Below, one piece after another: positions 9,008 through 17,135 of a stretch of 32,000 nt of DNA. The stretch comes from Edaphobacter aggregans (GTDB lineage: Bacteria > Acidobacteriota > Terriglobia > Terriglobales > Acidobacteriaceae). Numbering within the stretch: position 1 is the first letter of the stretch; each line of letters starts with the position of its first letter. The translations under genes were made by a program, and so were the position numbers. The stretch lies in assembly GCF_003945235.1 (NCBI RefSeq), contig NZ_RSDW01000001.1, forward strand, positions 1,770,001-1,802,000, given 5' to 3'. The notes under the pieces were generated by a model. That model was not told the origin of the DNA. It saw only the letters and a program-made list of their open reading frames with translations, and ran no database searches.

Positions 9008-10324
9008 TTAAGATGGAATGAGGTGCTTCAGTTGACTCTTGATCTCATTCGATCGATCCTTCGCCAACTGATCATTCCCCTTGGTGTACCGCGTGCAATC
9101 TGCCGACCCCAGCAGCAGCAATTTGTCGCCCGTCTTAAATCCCGCGAGCACCTCTCCTTTGAGCTCGTCCACCTTGGATGCCGGACTCGACTTCCCTTCG
9201 CCAAATAAAGGCTTGGTTAGCGGCGTCACATCAGTTGAGTTCAATACGCTAACGTGCGAATTACCCGGCCCATGATCCACTCCGGCCCCGCCTCCACAAC
9301 TGGAGCAGGAAGGGCATCGCGCAACCACAGCAAACGACACAACAAGAATCATCAGCGAAAACCCCATCGTCAAAGGCGAAGCGATCTTCTTCTCGCCGCC
9401 CTCCGAGTCAGTGTCAACCGGACCCTCTACGGACACACGCTTAAAGAACCCAGCCACCATCAGACCAATCGCAACCACACCAAAAACGGCAATCAGTCCC
9501 CAGAACTCTTTCCCGCAGAACTTCGAAAGATGCTCCGCATGTTCGATCATCGCGATCGAAAGCGGAGCCGCTCCCGCAATCGGCGCCGCCGAAGGATGCT
9601 TCTTGACGACAAAAAACAGAAGCCCCAACACCGCGGCAACCAGCACAATCGTCATCCACGGAACGCCATTCCCCTGCGCCGACTGATTCTTCAAATAATC
9701 CAGCAGAGCACTCTTGATCTCTTCATCGAGCTTGAGAACATTCTCACCAGTCCCACCCTCCTTCCCCCCCAACGCCGACCCCAAACTATCGAGACATCTC
9801 TTCAAATCTCCATCAAGGTCTTCCGTAAGCCGATTAATCACCTGCTGCTGAAACTGCTGGTTCTGCTGCGCACGTCCCGTAGCCTCGGTATAGTTCAACC
9901 ATCCCAGAGCGACCACGACCATCAGCGCAACCTCCATCAGGCTCCGCGTCAGACCACTTCGATGCCACGCTTCCGGAGCGGGCTCCTTCGTCAGAACATT
10001 CTTCGGCACATCCGGCGGTGGTGCCCCTGTGATGTTCGCGTTCGTCGTTGGCATCCCCGCGGCGCCAGACGGTGGCGCGGGACCCGTCGGCAACTTGTCC
10101 GAATCATCCTTCGGCGATCCGCTCTCCTCGATCCGCTTGGCCCACTCCGACGACTCCCCAAACAGCACAACCCCAACAACAAAAAGCGCCCATATCCCAA
10201 TTCCCTTCCACCCCAGCCCCGAAGCATGCAGCAGCGCCCCGAGGGCAACCGCCAGACACACCACTCCGGCAAGCCTGATCGCTGAATCCGACCTAACGAA
10301 CTTCCGGAATCCGGATACTTTCAA
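9008..10324 (-). CDS. hypothetical polytopic membrane protein with degenerate OmpA/MotB-like C-terminal domain
   Basis: 438 aa. The TTG start at 10324 has GAGGTGA upstream. There are about 6-7 hydrophobic segments (residues approx 17-34, 41-56, 127-144, 222-240, 274-294, 316-336). A Pro-rich linker and a Gln-rich helical loop (150-215) are present, plus a CPSCSSC cluster. The C-terminus PLFGEGKSS...LLLLGSADCTRYTKGNDQLAKDRSNEIKSQL (nt approx 9026-9211) fits the OmpA-like pattern F-x-x-G-x-S ... G-x-x-D ... N-x-x-L-x-x-x-R. Confidence 0.7.
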   Translation of the reverse strand: MKVSGFRKFVRSDSAIRLAGVVCLAVALGALLHASGLGWKGIGIWALFVVGVVLFGESSEWAKRIEESGSPKDDSDKLPTGPAPPSGAAGMPTTNANITGAPPPDVPKNVLTKEPAPEAWHRSGLTRSLMEVALMVVVALGWLNYTEATGRAQQNQQFQQQVINRLTEDLDGDLKRCLDSLGSALGGKEGGTGENVLKLDEEIKSALLDYLKNQSAQGNGVPWMTIVLVAAVLGLLFFVVKKHPSAAPIAGAAPLSIAMIEHAEHLSKFCGKEFWGLIAVFGVVAIGLMVAGFFKRVSVEGPVDTDSEGGEKKIASPLTMGFSLMILVVSFAVVARCPSCSSCGGGAGVDHGPGNSHVSVLNSTDVTPLTKPLFGEGKSSPASKVDELKGEVLAGFKTGDKLLLLGSADCTRYTKGNDQLAKDRSNEIKSQLKHLIPS

Positions 10325-10371
10325 TCTTCACCTCTGCTTCCACTGCCAAAGTCTTCCGGCCAATAGAGGAT

Positions 10372-10623
10372 GCTGAAAGGTCTTGCTTTTGAAAGGACAC
10401 GGCCTCAGTAACGCTGAAAGTCTTGCTTTGAAAAGTCCGTCTTGCTTAAAGACACGCCTTAGCCGTGCTGCAAACGCGCTCCAAATGCACCAGACCCCGT
10501 TAGAGGAAACATACTAACGCAGTTCTCAGCCTCACAGCACGGTTTTGTAATTTAGTTTGAAGGCGTCATCCTGAGCGAAGCCTGCGGCGGTTATCGCCAC
10601 AGGCGCAGTCGAAGGACCTGCAG
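10372..10623. repeat. cluster of short intergenic repeat elements
   Basis: Direct repeats gctgaaaggtcttgcttttgaaa (10372-10394) and gctgaaagtcttgctttgaaaa (10413-10434); gtcttgctt occurs a third time at 10439-10447. An 8-bp inverted repeat pairs ccgtgctg (10463-10470) with cagcacgg (10535-10542). The unit gtcatcctgagcgaagc ... gtcgaaggacctgcag (10565-10623) has an internal hairpin, and I recall it as a recurrent intergenic element in Acidobacteria genomes. Confidence 0.5.
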
Positions 10624-10680
10624 TTTGCCGACGCGGCCCCAAATCTTAGGGATACAGTTTAGCCGCATACCACCCGAGCC

Positions 10681-11256
10681 CTACTCTCTCGCCGCCAGCA
10701 TCCCCTTCAACTCCTTGACCTCGACAGCGAGTGACTTGATCTCCCTCATCAGCTCTGCTCTCTGCGCGTCATCGCTCATGGACTTAATCCCTTCCATGTA
10801 GAAGTTCCCATTCGACTCAAGGACACACTTCTCGATCTCGGTGAAATCCGTGAACCCCTGTTTGTGCAGCACAGACCGCAGCTCCAGCTCCGTTAACGCC
10901 TCTTTCTTTGCCGCAATCCAGTCCACCACCCCATGCCGGATCAGCACCGTCTCCGACCCCTCCAGCACTTTACTCAACTTGGGTGACCGAAACAGCCACC
11001 GCGTCAGCAGCCAGTTGATCGTCAGCAGCGAAAACACCCCGATCACCCCGCCCGACACCGAATTGTCATCTCCAATGATCGAGTTCTGCACCGTATTCGA
11101 CAGGCACAACAGCACCACCAGGTCGAACGGATTCAACTGCGCCAATTCCCGCTTTCCAAAGATCCGCAGAAACAAGATCAGGCACAGATACACAATCACC
11201 GGACGCAGGATCTTCTCCAGCACCGGCACAGGCAGGTGAAACATGCTCTCGATCAA
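10681..11256 (-). CDS. DUF421 (YetF-like) membrane protein
   Basis: 191 aa. The N-terminal TM region with FGKRELAQLNPFDLVVLLCLSNTVQNSI, followed by a soluble C-terminal domain, is characteristic of the YetF/DUF421 family. The TTG start at 11256 has AAGGAG 6 nt upstream; ATG at 11244 is an alternative. Confidence 0.8.
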   Translation of the reverse strand: MIESMFHLPVPVLEKILRPVIVYLCLILFLRIFGKRELAQLNPFDLVVLLCLSNTVQNSIIGDDNSVSGGVIGVFSLLTINWLLTRWLFRSPKLSKVLEGSETVLIRHGVVDWIAAKKEALTELELRSVLHKQGFTDFTEIEKCVLESNGNFYMEGIKSMSDDAQRAELMREIKSLAVEVKELKGMLAARE

Positions 11257-11351
11257 CGGAGGCTCCTTTTTACAAACACCAATTCACCACAACAAAACCA
11301 CACTTCCCAAACTTCGCTCCACCTGTTGACCATCGTTTTTGCCCAAAATCC

Positions 11352-12320
11352 CTACGAATACCGCTTCTTGTGCCACTCCCACGCGCTCAAAATAATTTGG
11401 TCTAACTCCGGAAACTTCGGCCTCCACCCCAGCTCCGCCTTGATCTTCTCCGAGCTGGCCACCAGCACCACCGGATCACCCAGCCGGCGCGGACACTCCT
11501 CCACCGCAATCGGCCTCCCGGTCACCCGCTGCACCGACTCAATCACCTCACGCACCGTAAAGCCCTGCCCAGTCCCGATGTTGTAAATCAATCGACTCTT
11601 CTCCTTAAGCGCCCCTAATGCAAGCAGATGCGCGTCCGCCAGATCCTGCACATGGATGTAATCCCGCACACAAGTCCCATCCTTGGTCGGATAATCCTGT
11701 CCAAAAATTTTGATACTCGCCCGCCTCCCCATCGCCACATCCAGAATCAGCGGAATCAAATGCGACTCCGGCTCATGCGCCTCCCCATAACCCTCAATCG
11801 CCCCAGCCACATTGAAGTATCGCAAGCTCGCATAACGAAACCCATGAATCTGATTCATCCACCGGAGCATGTACTCCACCAGCAACTTGCTCTCTCCATA
11901 GGGGTTAGTCGGCGCAAGCTTCGCATCCTCCAAAATTGGGATCTTCTCGGGATCCCCATAACAAGCCGCCGTCGAGCTGAAAACCAGCTTGTCATGCCCC
12001 GTAGCCAGCATCGCCTCCAGCAGCGTCAACGTCGAAGCCGTATTGTTCCGAAAATAAATCTCTGGACGCTGCATACTCTCCCCCGCCTCAATCAGCGCAG
12101 CGAAATGCATTACTCCATCGAACTTCCCTTCCTGCAGCGTCTTCTCCACCAGCGCACGATCAGCAAGATCGCCTTCAACAAACTTCACTCCATCAGCCAC
12201 CGCCAACCGCTTGCTATGACAGAGGTTGTCCAACACCGTCACCGAATGGTCTCCGCCAAGCAGCATTCTGCACACAGTTCCGCCGATATATCCCGCACCG
12301 CCAGTCACTAAAATATTCAT
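11352..12320 (-). CDS. galE: UDP-glucose 4-epimerase
   Basis: 322 aa with the Rossmann motif MNILVTGGAGYIGG and the catalytic YGESK (YxxxK). It resembles GalE over its full length. The ATG has GGGGAG upstream. Confidence 0.92.
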   Translation of the reverse strand: MNILVTGGAGYIGGTVCRMLLGGDHSVTVLDNLCHSKRLAVADGVKFVEGDLADRALVEKTLQEGKFDGVMHFAALIEAGESMQRPEIYFRNNTASTLTLLEAMLATGHDKLVFSSTAACYGDPEKIPILEDAKLAPTNPYGESKLLVEYMLRWMNQIHGFRYASLRYFNVAGAIEGYGEAHEPESHLIPLILDVAMGRRASIKIFGQDYPTKDGTCVRDYIHVQDLADAHLLALGALKEKSRLIYNIGTGQGFTVREVIESVQRVTGRPIAVEECPRRLGDPVVLVASSEKIKAELGWRPKFPELDQIILSAWEWHKKRYS

Positions 12321-12679
12321 TTAAAACACTCCCCTTGTTCTCTACTTGGATACCACAAAAGTATCAGTGTCAATCACATACGGTTACGGCAATATACTTG
12401 CAGTAAGTGAATGGCAGAGCCCGGCTGGACTACATATGCACGGCGCCTGCTGCAACCTTTTTGCGCAACCTTGCTGTCTAGGTTAAGCCCCGCGGCGATA
12501 GTGGTTTCAATTTTGTTTTTTCACTTTCGCTGTGAACAGTTGCATCGAGTCGGTCGGCAAAGTTCGAACACTCGACGGCGCTCCGTAAGCATTCGGAGTT
12601 TCACCCATCGCTACACCAGTTCTGGCCTGCCGCCAGAGTTGGTCCTCGGCCTTCCGATCAGGCCCCTTGAAGGATTTTT

Positions 12680-13771
12680 ATGGCAAAGCCGCTTCGCAGT
12701 GATGACCCTTCACCGCAGAATATGCAGTTCTCCCACTTCGGTGTTCTCAACGACGGCAGCCAGAGCAAGGGTTCGCTCTTCACCTCCATCTCTCTCAACA
12801 TCATCATCGCCATCGTCGTCTGCATCATCGGCGCCGCGGCAAAAAAGACGATGGACAACAGGCACAAGCTCACCGAGCTGAGCCTGGCGCCCCTTCCCAA
12901 GCAGCCCGAACCCGAGCCTATCAAGCCCAAGATCATTCCCCCTAAGCCACTCCCCACGCCTCCGGTCGTGAAGGTCGAGCCGCCCAAGATCAAGATGCCC
13001 GAGGTCAAACTCCCCGAGCCGCCTAAGCCACCAGAAATTAAAATGGTGCAGCAGCCTCCAATCCTCGTCCCTGCACCGCCCAAGATTGTGCAGCCTCCGC
13101 CTGCGCCTAAGATCGTGAATCTTGCCCAGGCCCAGCCTGCCGCAGTCGCCAACAACTCGCCGCACCCGGCTCCAATCGCGCTCGGTCAGCAGAACAATCC
13201 CATTGCTCCATCCAATCGCCCCACCGCCTCTGCGATCAACCTTGGCAATAGCGGCGCGGCTGGAATGCCCGCGTCAAACAAGGGCATGGGCCCAACCACC
13301 GTCAGCCTCGGCTCAGGATCTGCCTCCAGTCAGAACATGAGCGGCAGAGACAATGCAGCCGCTGTCAAGGGTGTCAAGCTCGGCGTCACCGGTGGAACCG
13401 GACCTCTCAACTCGCCTACTCGCGTCGCAGGCCCGGTCAATCTTGGACAGAACACACCGCCTCCCGCACCCAAGCCCACTGGGCCGGTGACCACGGCGAA
13501 GTCTGCTCCCAAGGTCCTCTTCAAGCCGCGTCCTGAGTACACCGCTGAAGCCATCAAGCTCCATATCGAAGGCACCGTCTCCGTTCGTCTTCGTGTCTCC
13601 TCCACCGGTACCGTCCAGGTTCTCGGCGTCACCAGCGATCTCGGCCACGGACTCGGCGACTCAGCCGTCCGCGCCGTTCAATCCACACGCTTTTCGCCCG
13701 CCACAGACGCGTCGGGAAATCCCGTCGATTGGGAAGGTGTAGTCAACGTAGCCTTCCAACTCGCCGGATAA
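12680..13771 (+). CDS. TonB-family energy transducer
   Basis: 363 aa. An N-terminal TM anchor (FTSISLNIIIAIVVCIIGAAA) is followed by a Pro/Lys/Glu-rich spacer (PEPEPIKPKIIPPKPLPTPPVVKVEPPKIKMPEVKLPEPPKPPEIK). The C-terminal TonB domain reads PEYTAEAIKLHIEGTVSVRLRVSSTGTV...FSPATDASGNPVDWEGVVNVAFQL. Confidence 0.85.
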   Translation: MAKPLRSDDPSPQNMQFSHFGVLNDGSQSKGSLFTSISLNIIIAIVVCIIGAAAKKTMDNRHKLTELSLAPLPKQPEPEPIKPKIIPPKPLPTPPVVKVEPPKIKMPEVKLPEPPKPPEIKMVQQPPILVPAPPKIVQPPPAPKIVNLAQAQPAAVANNSPHPAPIALGQQNNPIAPSNRPTASAINLGNSGAAGMPASNKGMGPTTVSLGSGSASSQNMSGRDNAAAVKGVKLGVTGGTGPLNSPTRVAGPVNLGQNTPPPAPKPTGPVTTAKSAPKVLFKPRPEYTAEAIKLHIEGTVSVRLRVSSTGTVQVLGVTSDLGHGLGDSAVRAVQSTRFSPATDASGNPVDWEGVVNVAFQLAG

Positions 13772-13873
13772 ACCAGTTTTGTAGTCAGCTTTGTTTTGTC
13801 GCTTCACATGTCATGAACTAGCATCAAGACCATTACAAGGATGACCCGAACGTCATCGCAGGAGCCGTAAATC

Positions 13874-15772
13874 ATGATCTTCCGGAAACACTCCACCGCC
13901 GGTCTGCTGCTGGCAACCTTCGTCGCAACAACCTTGTCGGCCCACGCCTTCGGTCTCCCCCTCGTCGGCAAAAAGAAAAAGACAGAGGACGTCCTGCCGG
14001 CACGCAAACTCACTGCCGCGCAGAATGCTCTCATCGACAAGGCCATCGCGCGCGAAAAGGTGGTCGTCAAGACCGTCAAGGAGCGGTCTCCCATCGTGGA
14101 GACCTACATCCAGACCATGAAGCCCGACCCCATCATGGGTCAGATCCCAGAATCTGACGAGCATCACCTCGCTCGTGTCGATTTCAATAGGATCATCGGC
14201 GACCAATCTTACGAAGTCAACAAAGCCACCTCGGAGGGAACGGGCGGTAGCAAGCTCGGATTCTTCAAGTCGTCGATGTCCTACATCACCAGCCTCGGCG
14301 GTAGCCTCCATCTCAACTTCCATGAGTCCGGCTTCGTCCAGATGGTCCTGATGGACTCCAATGACTTCGACCGTCAGCACTACGTCTTCGGCTACGTCCG
14401 CAACGACTTCCTTGGCAACACCCCAACAGCTGTCTTCGACGTAACTCCCATCTCCGGCAAGCGCGCTACCGGACGTTTCTTCGGCCGCATCTGGGTGGAA
14501 ACCCGCGACGGCAACGTCGTCCGCTTCAACGGCAACTTCGCCGGCAGCGAGAAGGATTACAGCGAGTTCTATCACTTCGATAGCTGGCGCACCAACGTTC
14601 AGCCCGATCTCTGGCTACCCACGTCGTTCTACGTCGAAGAGAGCGACCCCAAGAGCGTCTCCCGTACCTTGAAATTTAAGGCAATCAATCACATCTGGGG
14701 CTATGTCCTCAAGGTCCCCGCCAAGGAAACCGAAAACACCTCGCTTGATGTAGTCGGAGCAACCGACGTCAGCAACGACGCTCAGGACGTAGGCCCTCTC
14801 GGCGCACAGCGTGCCTGGGTTCAGCAAGCCGAGGACAACATCGTTGACCGTCTCTTCCAGGCAGGACTCCTCGACGCGCCAAGCGAGTTCGACAAGACAC
14901 TCGAAGCACTAGCAGGCAACATTCTCGCCTACAACAACATCACCCTTTCGCGCCCCATCCGCTGCCGCACACTCCTCACGCAGCCGCTGGAATCGGTCGC
15001 CATCGGCAACACCATCGTCATCTCTAAGAGCTTGCTCGACACCACCGGCGTCGTCACCCAGGATGGCGCGCAGCAGATGGGCAATCTCAACGCTATCCTT
15101 GCCTTCCAGATCGCACACATCGTTCTCGGTCACCGGCTTGATACCAAGTACGCCTTCAACGACCGCCTCCTCTTCCCCTCTACCTCCGTCTTCGATCGCA
15201 TCCCCATGCACCACACGGACGCCGACAACGAGGCGGCAGCCAAGAAAGCCATTGAGCTACTCAGCGCCAAGGAACTCGAAGGCGGACAGCAATACTTTGG
15301 CCTCTACCTGCAGCAGCTCCAGCAGCGCGTAAAAGCACTCAAGGCACTCAACGAGCCCATGATTGGCGACGGTCTCGTCAAGAGCGACAACGATCCCACC
15401 TTCTGGATGGCGGCCATCATGAGCAAAGGCCCCAAGCTGGACATCAAGGACCTCAAGCAACAGGCAGCTATGCCGCTCTCCAGCTTCATGCGCTTTGATC
15501 CCTGGAGCGATCAGGTCATCGTGATGCACGCAGCCTACGAGCCTCTTCTGACCGCAGCCGATAAGATGCCCTTCGAAGTCGCTCCCGTCTATCTCAAGCT
15601 GAGCTACTACAAGCCACCCGCCGATGCAGCCGCCGCACCCGCTGCCGGCAGCACCCAGGCTGCAGCAGACCCGGGAACTGCACCCGCTGCCGCTGCTCCG
15701 GCCAATAACACCGCTGCTCCGGCGCCTGCGACAACGACCCCGGCACCAACAACCGCACAACCCCAGAACTAA
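13874..15772 (+). CDS. secreted hypothetical protein with degenerate M48-peptidase-like segment and Ala/Pro-rich tail
   Basis: 632 aa with AGGAG 8 nt upstream of the ATG and a signal peptide (LLLATFVATTLSAHA). The segment VAIGNTIVISKSLL...LNAILAFQIAHIVLGH...DADNEAAAKKAIELL resembles the M48 zincin layout, but HExxH is replaced by H-I-V-L-G-H. The last approx 55 aa are low-complexity A/P/T. Confidence 0.8.
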   Translation: MIFRKHSTAGLLLATFVATTLSAHAFGLPLVGKKKKTEDVLPARKLTAAQNALIDKAIAREKVVVKTVKERSPIVETYIQTMKPDPIMGQIPESDEHHLARVDFNRIIGDQSYEVNKATSEGTGGSKLGFFKSSMSYITSLGGSLHLNFHESGFVQMVLMDSNDFDRQHYVFGYVRNDFLGNTPTAVFDVTPISGKRATGRFFGRIWVETRDGNVVRFNGNFAGSEKDYSEFYHFDSWRTNVQPDLWLPTSFYVEESDPKSVSRTLKFKAINHIWGYVLKVPAKETENTSLDVVGATDVSNDAQDVGPLGAQRAWVQQAEDNIVDRLFQAGLLDAPSEFDKTLEALAGNILAYNNITLSRPIRCRTLLTQPLESVAIGNTIVISKSLLDTTGVVTQDGAQQMGNLNAILAFQIAHIVLGHRLDTKYAFNDRLLFPSTSVFDRIPMHHTDADNEAAAKKAIELLSAKELEGGQQYFGLYLQQLQQRVKALKALNEPMIGDGLVKSDNDPTFWMAAIMSKGPKLDIKDLKQQAAMPLSSFMRFDPWSDQVIVMHAAYEPLLTAADKMPFEVAPVYLKLSYYKPPADAAAAPAAGSTQAAADPGTAPAAAAPANNTAAPAPATTTPAPTTAQPQN

Positions 15773-15784
15773 TCGCAACGGCAT

Positions 15785-15825
15785 GGGGACTTCGGCCTAT
15801 ATTGGCCAGTCCCCGCGCTTTTTTC
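15785..15825 (+). terminator. rho-independent terminator after the 632-aa gene
   Basis: The stem ggggact (15785-15791) pairs with agtcccc (15808-15814), with inner ggcc/ggcc pairing. It is followed by gcgcttttttc. Confidence 0.6.
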
Positions 15826-15879
15826 AACTAGAGACGTCGGTAACACCGCCAGTAAGCCCACTTCGGGAGGCACAAAAGT

Positions 15880-16422
15880 TTGAAACGCCATTCTCTGATC
15901 GGCTGCTTCACCTGCCTTCTGGGGCTGTCTAGCTTATCGCACGCCCAGGCTGTACCGACCGCCGAACGACGCGGCATCCTGCAACTGGGAGGCGGCCTGT
16001 CCATTGCATCCCCCGACTACAGCCCGCTTAAAATCAAAGGGCTCTCCGCGTACGGGACCTATGATTTCACCAGGCACATCGGCCTCGAAGGTGATATCCA
16101 TTACGTCAGCCTCTCCACTCCTGGCGATCTCGGAGAAGACTCCTACCTTATCGGCCCGCGTTACGTGTTTCACCATCCCCGCGTTGATTCCTATGTGAAG
16201 GCCCTCGGTGGATTTGGACGCTTCAGCTATCTGGGAGGCATCTTCCCCACCGCCACCTATACCTATAAAATTTATGCTTTTGGAGGCGGCTTGGACGTTC
16301 GAGCGTCAAGGCACATTAACGTTCGCGCCATCGACCTCGAATATCAACAGTGGCCCGGATTTCCCACTAATGGACTTACGCCTTTGGTAGCAACCATCGG
16401 CGCTGCCTATGCCTTCCGCTAA
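15880..16422 (+). CDS. small outer-membrane beta-barrel protein (OmpW/porin-like 8-strand type)
   Basis: 180 aa. The TTG start has GGGAGG 9 nt upstream. It has a signal peptide ending SHAQA, alternating hydrophobic beta-strand pattern, and an aromatic C-terminal strand IGAAYAFR. Confidence 0.75.
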   Translation: MKRHSLIGCFTCLLGLSSLSHAQAVPTAERRGILQLGGGLSIASPDYSPLKIKGLSAYGTYDFTRHIGLEGDIHYVSLSTPGDLGEDSYLIGPRYVFHHPRVDSYVKALGGFGRFSYLGGIFPTATYTYKIYAFGGGLDVRASRHINVRAIDLEYQQWPGFPTNGLTPLVATIGAAYAFR

Positions 16423-16516
16423 CGTCTCGGCGAATTACGCCGAAGAGATTGTCGATAGCTCTACCAACCCAAGGCCCGCGGTCTGCCCCACGGCACCATC
16501 TGACCGCTTCAGGGAG

Positions 16517-17056
16517 ATGTACGTGTTTAAAAGGATTCTCGTCTTTATAGTGCTGCTGGGTGGAACATCCATGCTGCACGCTCAAGCTTCACCAACCGCC
16601 TCGCGCCGCGGAGACCTTCAGATTGGCGTCGGCTATACCAACGCCAATACCGATTACGTGCCCAATCGGGTAAACGGCGGCACCGCCTACTTCACCTATG
16701 ACTTCAAGCCCCACTTCGGCATCGAAGGAGACTTCCGCTTCATCAAGGACAGCCCCACCAACTACTACGAAAAAAGCTATGAGATCGGCGGGCGCTACTA
16801 TCGCACCTACAAAGAAAAGTGGGTTCCCTACGGCAGGGTCATGTACGGTCGAGGTGTTTTCAACTTCACCTCCCAGGGTGTCACCACGGCCAATCTCGCC
16901 TACAACCTGGCGGCGGTCGGCGCCGGACTCGATTACAAAGTTCTTCCCTACCTCAACGTCAGGGGTGATTTCCACTATCAGAGGTGGTTCGGCTTTCCGC
17001 AGAACGGGCTCACACCCTCCATGTTCACCATTGGTGTCGCTTACCATTTCCGCTAG
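16517..17056 (+). CDS. small outer-membrane beta-barrel protein, tandem paralog of 15880-16422
   Basis: I place the start at the internal ATG 16517 (MYVFKRILVFIVLLGGTSMLHAQA signal peptide), not the track start 16409. It aligns with the upstream gene from the signal cleavage region (AQASPTASRRGDLQIG vs AQAVPTAERRGILQLG) to the end (YQRWFGFPQNGLTPSMFTIGVAYHFR vs YQQWPGFPTNGLTPLVATIGAAYAFR). Confidence 0.75.
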   Translation: MYVFKRILVFIVLLGGTSMLHAQASPTASRRGDLQIGVGYTNANTDYVPNRVNGGTAYFTYDFKPHFGIEGDFRFIKDSPTNYYEKSYEIGGRYYRTYKEKWVPYGRVMYGRGVFNFTSQGVTTANLAYNLAAVGAGLDYKVLPYLNVRGDFHYQRWFGFPQNGLTPSMFTIGVAYHFR

Positions 17057-17082
17057 AACACGGCCCCGACAGGCAGCCGATT

Positions 17083-17113
17083 TTGAATTAGGACTAAACT
17101 TGTCCTAATTCAA
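17083..17113 (+). terminator. perfect 12-bp inverted repeat hairpin (terminator or operator)
   Basis: ttgaattaggac (17083-17094), a 7-nt loop, then gtcctaattcaa (17102-17113), followed by atatttgtgt. It lies 27 nt after the OMP stop and 23 nt before the next ATG. Confidence 0.45.
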
Positions 17114-17135
17114 ATATTTGTGTAAAAAAGAAGAG

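Noticed and set aside
7633-10285. Plus-strand ORFs 7633-8496 (287 aa) and 9254-10285 (343 aa) antisense to the TIR and membrane genes
   Set aside because: Same shadow-ORF signature (R/P/H/N-rich, no domains). The minus-strand frames carry clear TIR, repeat and TM features.
10372-10451. Possible CRISPR array (repeated gtcttgctt-containing units)
   Set aside because: There are only 2-3 short degenerate copies with irregular spacing, no spacer-like unique inserts of constant length, and no cas genes.
12555-12580. GTTCGAAC, a tRNA T-loop-like string in the galE/TonB spacer
   Set aside because: No acceptor, anticodon or D-arm structure can be drawn around it. It is part of a simple local hairpin (cgagt...actcg).
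12411-12881. 156-aa plus-strand ORF upstream of and overlapping the TonB-family gene
   Set aside because: It is out of frame with the TonB-family CDS, which has the TM anchor, Pro-rich spacer and TonB_C domain. Its sequence is Ser/Pro/Arg junk-like.
13853-15784. Minus-strand ORFs 13853-14575 (240 aa) and 15257-15784 (175 aa)
   Set aside because: They are antisense to the well-supported 632-aa secreted-protein gene. Their composition is Gly/Val/Asp/Glu-rich without motifs.
16409-16516. N-terminal 36-aa extension of the second OMP gene (track start 16409), overlapping the first OMP gene end
   Set aside because: The extension is not signal-peptide-like. The internal ATG at 16517 gives a canonical signal peptide aligned with the paralog.
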